Shown here one piece after another: positions 25,522 to 27,988 of a stretch of 27,988 nucleotides of DNA. The stretch covers positions 1 to 27,988 of the IMG/VR virus record IMGVR_UViG_3300015050_000944; one strand, written 5' to 3'. The stretch comes from a virus. Taxonomy: Duplodnaviria; Caudoviricetes. Made by a program: the position numbers and the translations under genes. Position 1 is the first letter of the stretch, and each line of letters begins with the position of its first letter. Below the pieces are notes generated by a model that saw only the letters and a list, made by a program, of their open reading frames with translations, searched no databases and was not told the origin of the DNA.

Positions 25522-25550
25522 AATTTATTCCCACTTCTGGAGTCTGTCAA
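25522..25550 (-). promoter_or_regulatory. Sigma70-type int promoter: TTGACA-N17-TAAATT
   Basis: Perfect -35 (25550-25545), 17-nt spacer, -10 at 25527-25522 flanked by the inverted repeat AGTGGGAA/TTCCCACT. Confidence 0.7.
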
Positions 25551-25551
25551 G

Positions 25552-25824
25552 TCACTCCGTTCCCGCGTATTCGTCTTCCATAAATTCTCTGACCTTCTTC
25601 GCCGGCATCTTGTCGAGAAATAACGGTGTTCCAGGTCCGGCCCATGCGCCTTCGATGTTGAATTCGTAGTACTCGACGGCCATTTCGTGCGACATCCCTG
25701 TCTTTTCTAGCAGAGATATAACTTTCCCCCTGTCGTAGACGACCAGATCCATCTGCCCGCAACGGGACGTGATCCCGATGACGGCCGCGTCGAATCCGTC
25801 TAACATCAATGGTCGGTCGCTCAC
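25552..25824 (-). CDS. Conserved phage hypothetical protein
   Basis: DGFDAAVIG...VVYD...EYYEFNIEGAWAGPGTP pattern recalled from many phages; GTGA overlap start. Confidence 0.7.
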   Translation of the reverse strand: MSDRPLMLDGFDAAVIGITSRCGQMDLVVYDRGKVISLLEKTGMSHEMAVEYYEFNIEGAWAGPGTPLFLDKMPAKKVREFMEDEYAGTE

Positions 25825-26042
25825 TCCCCACCCCCTGCCGCAGCGCGAATGGCGGCTGCGATGCCGTTGCGGATCAGCCCGGTCCTGTTGCTTTCGTTGA
25901 GGTACGCCACACCCATTTCCTTGCTGACATTGTCGGCAAGCCACAGCAGCGCGGCGCGCATTGCGTCACCCGGTAAGTTCCCCTCCACCCACAGCGCGCG
26001 CGTGTATTCGTCCGCCATACCCTTCACGATGTCACTGCTCAT
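25821..26042 (-). CDS. Small early hypothetical protein
   Basis: ATGA overlap with the upstream gene; GGAGG upstream. Confidence 0.6.
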   Translation of the reverse strand: MSSDIVKGMADEYTRALWVEGNLPGDAMRAALLWLADNVSKEMGVAYLNESNRTGLIRNGIAAAIRAAAGGGE

Positions 26043-26278
26043 TCGCTGCCCTCCGGTTTCACGCCATCGCTGGCGAGGATTTCGTTGAACAGTTTCGCAT
26101 TCGTGTCGCAATGTGAGCAGTCAATCCAGTTGCCGCTCATCTCATCCCGCAGCGCCTCAACAACGGCGCGGATGCCTGCGCGGTGCATGGCCCGCTTCAT
26201 CTCAGGGGTTGGAAACTCCAGACGCGCCCGGTTCTCGTAAGCATCGTCATAAATCCGGCCAAGGTCATCAAGTGTCAT
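26039..26278 (-). CDS. Small early hypothetical protein (one CxxC)
   Basis: Coupled to the downstream gene; GGAG upstream. Confidence 0.6.
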   Translation of the reverse strand: MTLDDLGRIYDDAYENRARLEFPTPEMKRAMHRAGIRAVVEALRDEMSGNWIDCSHCDTNAKLFNEILASDGVKPEGSE

Positions 26279-26347
26279 GGCTTCACCGCTCCGTTGCGCG
26301 CGACCATCACCGACTGCAGCGAACCGCAGCCGGTGATGGCGCCTGGC

Positions 26348-26683
26348 TTACTTCAGAGAAATCCCGAGGGCTTCCTCGATACTCTTCAGCCGCCGCGCGA
26401 TCTCCTTCAGAGCGGTGTCGGCAGTGGCCTGCTTGGCCGGCGTTACTGGGGCCTTGCGCAACGACGAACCGTACACCCGCTGCCGAAGTTTCTGCACGTT
26501 CTCTGGAGTGACCTGTCCGACCACTTCAGCAATGCGCTCGTCGCTCCACCCCTCCTTGTACTTGCAGATCCCGTCACTCTCGCGAACCAGGTGGGTCTTG
26601 AGGAGGTCGTTGATCGCGATGATCTGCACATAACTTGCCACGGCTCTTGTGCGGGTGGCGGCGTGTCCGTTTGATAGGCTCAT
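26348..26683 (-). CDS. Putative HTH DNA-binding protein
   Basis: GWSDERIAEVVGQVTPENVQKLR helix-turn-helix-like; C-terminal coiled coil; GGAG RBS. Confidence 0.55.
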   Translation of the reverse strand: MSLSNGHAATRTRAVASYVQIIAINDLLKTHLVRESDGICKYKEGWSDERIAEVVGQVTPENVQKLRQRVYGSSLRKAPVTPAKQATADTALKEIARRLKSIEEALGISLK

Positions 26684-26704
26684 CTTAGTTTCTCCGAGGG
26701 TTGC

Positions 26705-27727
26705 CTAGCCGGCGGCCAGGGTGTTGAACGAATCCAGCTTCTCGTTGACCAGATCCTGCAGCTGGGATGCGAGGTCTGCATTGTACCGGACGAGCCGGTC
26801 AATCTTCGTGGCGTTGGCGTTCTGCCAATCGATGACATCCTTCAGTGACTTGCACGCCATGACCTCGCCCTCGGCCTGGACCTTCCACTCGGTGGCGGTC
26901 CTGGTCTTCTTGGGGGCAGGGGCCGGGGCTTCGTCCTTGGGTTCCAACCCGGGGTGGCCGCGGCCTGTCTTCGATCCCTTCGCCCACTCGGCGAGGGCCG
27001 TGCCATGCGTCTCGTCGAGGGCGCGGCCGTCGGCGAACAGCGTCTCGAACTGACGGGGGAGTTTCATCATCAGCTTCTCACCCACCTGATCGCTCTTCCA
27101 CTGCGGCACACCCTTGGCTTGCGGTGGCAGCAGGCAGTTCAGCGTCATCTCGAACAGCATCTCGTCGCCAGCGATCGGCATCCACCCGAGTTCCTGGATG
27201 CCGCCCCCCTTCACCGGCTTCGTCTTCTCCTTCGCGCGGAAGCAGAAGATGAAGTTGGCATTGAGTTGCAGCATGCCGGTGATCAGGCGGCGTCGGTTGC
27301 CGGCGGGCTTGATCCATGCCGCCATCTTGACCCGCTCCTGCTTGGCCCAATCGTTGCCGGCCATGCGCTCGACTTCCTTGCCGTGGCTGTCGAGGTAGCC
27401 GCCTTCGCCTTCGTGTTCGTGGCTCATGCTGTCGACCACGATGACACCGGCACCCTGCTTCACGCAGTAGCGCAGGGCCTCCAGGTAGTCGATGCTGCCG
27501 AAGGGGGCGCCGAAGGGCACGTGCTGGAACTTGAACTGGTCAGCGTAGTGCAGCGAGCGGCGGGACTCCGTGTCGATCACGAAGATCTCGCCACCGCTGA
27601 CTTGCTGGATGCCGGTCGCGAGGCGCAGCGCGGAGAAGGTCTTGCCGCCACCGCTTGGCCCCATCACGCCGACGAGCAGGGGGACCTGGTCGCGATGGGC
27701 GGGGGTGTTGGTGAAGATGCGGGTCAT
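26705..27727 (-). CDS. P-loop ATPase, Sak4-like single-strand annealing recombinase (AAA_24)
   Basis: Walker A GPSGGGKT, IDTE, Walker B VIVVDS followed by SHEHEGEGG. Confidence 0.75.
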   Translation of the reverse strand: MTRIFTNTPAHRDQVPLLVGVMGPSGGGKTFSALRLATGIQQVSGGEIFVIDTESRRSLHYADQFKFQHVPFGAPFGSIDYLEALRYCVKQGAGVIVVDSMSHEHEGEGGYLDSHGKEVERMAGNDWAKQERVKMAAWIKPAGNRRRLITGMLQLNANFIFCFRAKEKTKPVKGGGIQELGWMPIAGDEMLFEMTLNCLLPPQAKGVPQWKSDQVGEKLMMKLPRQFETLFADGRALDETHGTALAEWAKGSKTGRGHPGLEPKDEAPAPAPKKTRTATEWKVQAEGEVMACKSLKDVIDWQNANATKIDRLVRYNADLASQLQDLVNEKLDSFNTLAAG

Positions 27728-27978
27728 GTCAGCACCACCGCTTTGAACTCTATCCCGTTATGCTCAAACACGCCCGGCTGGAACGGTTCCCAGAGGTTGC
27801 CGTCCGGTCCGCACTTGTTGAGGGATCCGAAGTCCTTGCGCTCCGTCTCGCACCATGTCGCCAACTCTCCAGACACCGGGTCATACTTTCCGATGTCGGG
27901 CTGGACGCATTGCGCGTACCGGATGCTCAACCCCGAATTGAGGCGCATCCACTTGCAGTCCTTGCAGAATTTCATCAT
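27724..27978 (-). CDS. Small Cys-rich (putative metal-binding) protein
   Basis: CKDC, C, CETER, CGPDG; GAGG RBS at the window edge; ATGA coupling to the ATPase. Confidence 0.65.
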   Translation of the reverse strand: MMKFCKDCKWMRLNSGLSIRYAQCVQPDIGKYDPVSGELATWCETERKDFGSLNKCGPDGNLWEPFQPGVFEHNGIEFKAVVLT

Positions 27979-27988
27979 TGGAAACCTC

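Noticed and set aside
24368-25669. 433-aa + strand ORF
   Set aside because: Antisense shadow of the integrase
26348-26683. Excisionase
   Set aside because: HTH-like but not adjacent to int and without a recognisable Xis/AlpA pattern; cannot be supported

Overview
High-GC segment of a temperate, short-tailed (podovirus-like) dsDNA phage, probably of a Gram-negative host (inferred from a lipobox lipoprotein in the lysis cassette). The + strand (1-24214) is a tightly coupled late region. It runs: small acidic/basic proteins, probable scaffold, head decoration, HK97-fold major capsid (Mu gpT-like), head appendages, a SAP-domain protein, adaptor, nozzle, fibre-type proteins, a GNAT-like protein, three candidate ejection proteins (one 1801 aa), then an M15 endolysin with membrane and lipoprotein genes. 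It converges, with no host DNA between, on an attP-like interval, a tyrosine integrase and a - strand early operon including a Sak4-like ATPase. Main signals: (1) a G-L-G-F(+basic) / E-L-G-[FLI] peptide at or near the termini of all three candidate ejection proteins and of five scattered low-complexity proteins that also share other modules. This may be a capsid cargo-addressing system analogous to encapsulin cargo-loading peptides. (2) An S74 autocleaving chaperone split by a repeat insertion and carrying that tag. (3) Three copies of a TCCAAG-N17/18-TAnnnT promoter-like element ahead of the tail, ejection and lysis modules. (4) An int promoter and hairpin that would hide the int RBS only on read-through transcripts. 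All family assignments are motif recognition by eye; no searches were run.
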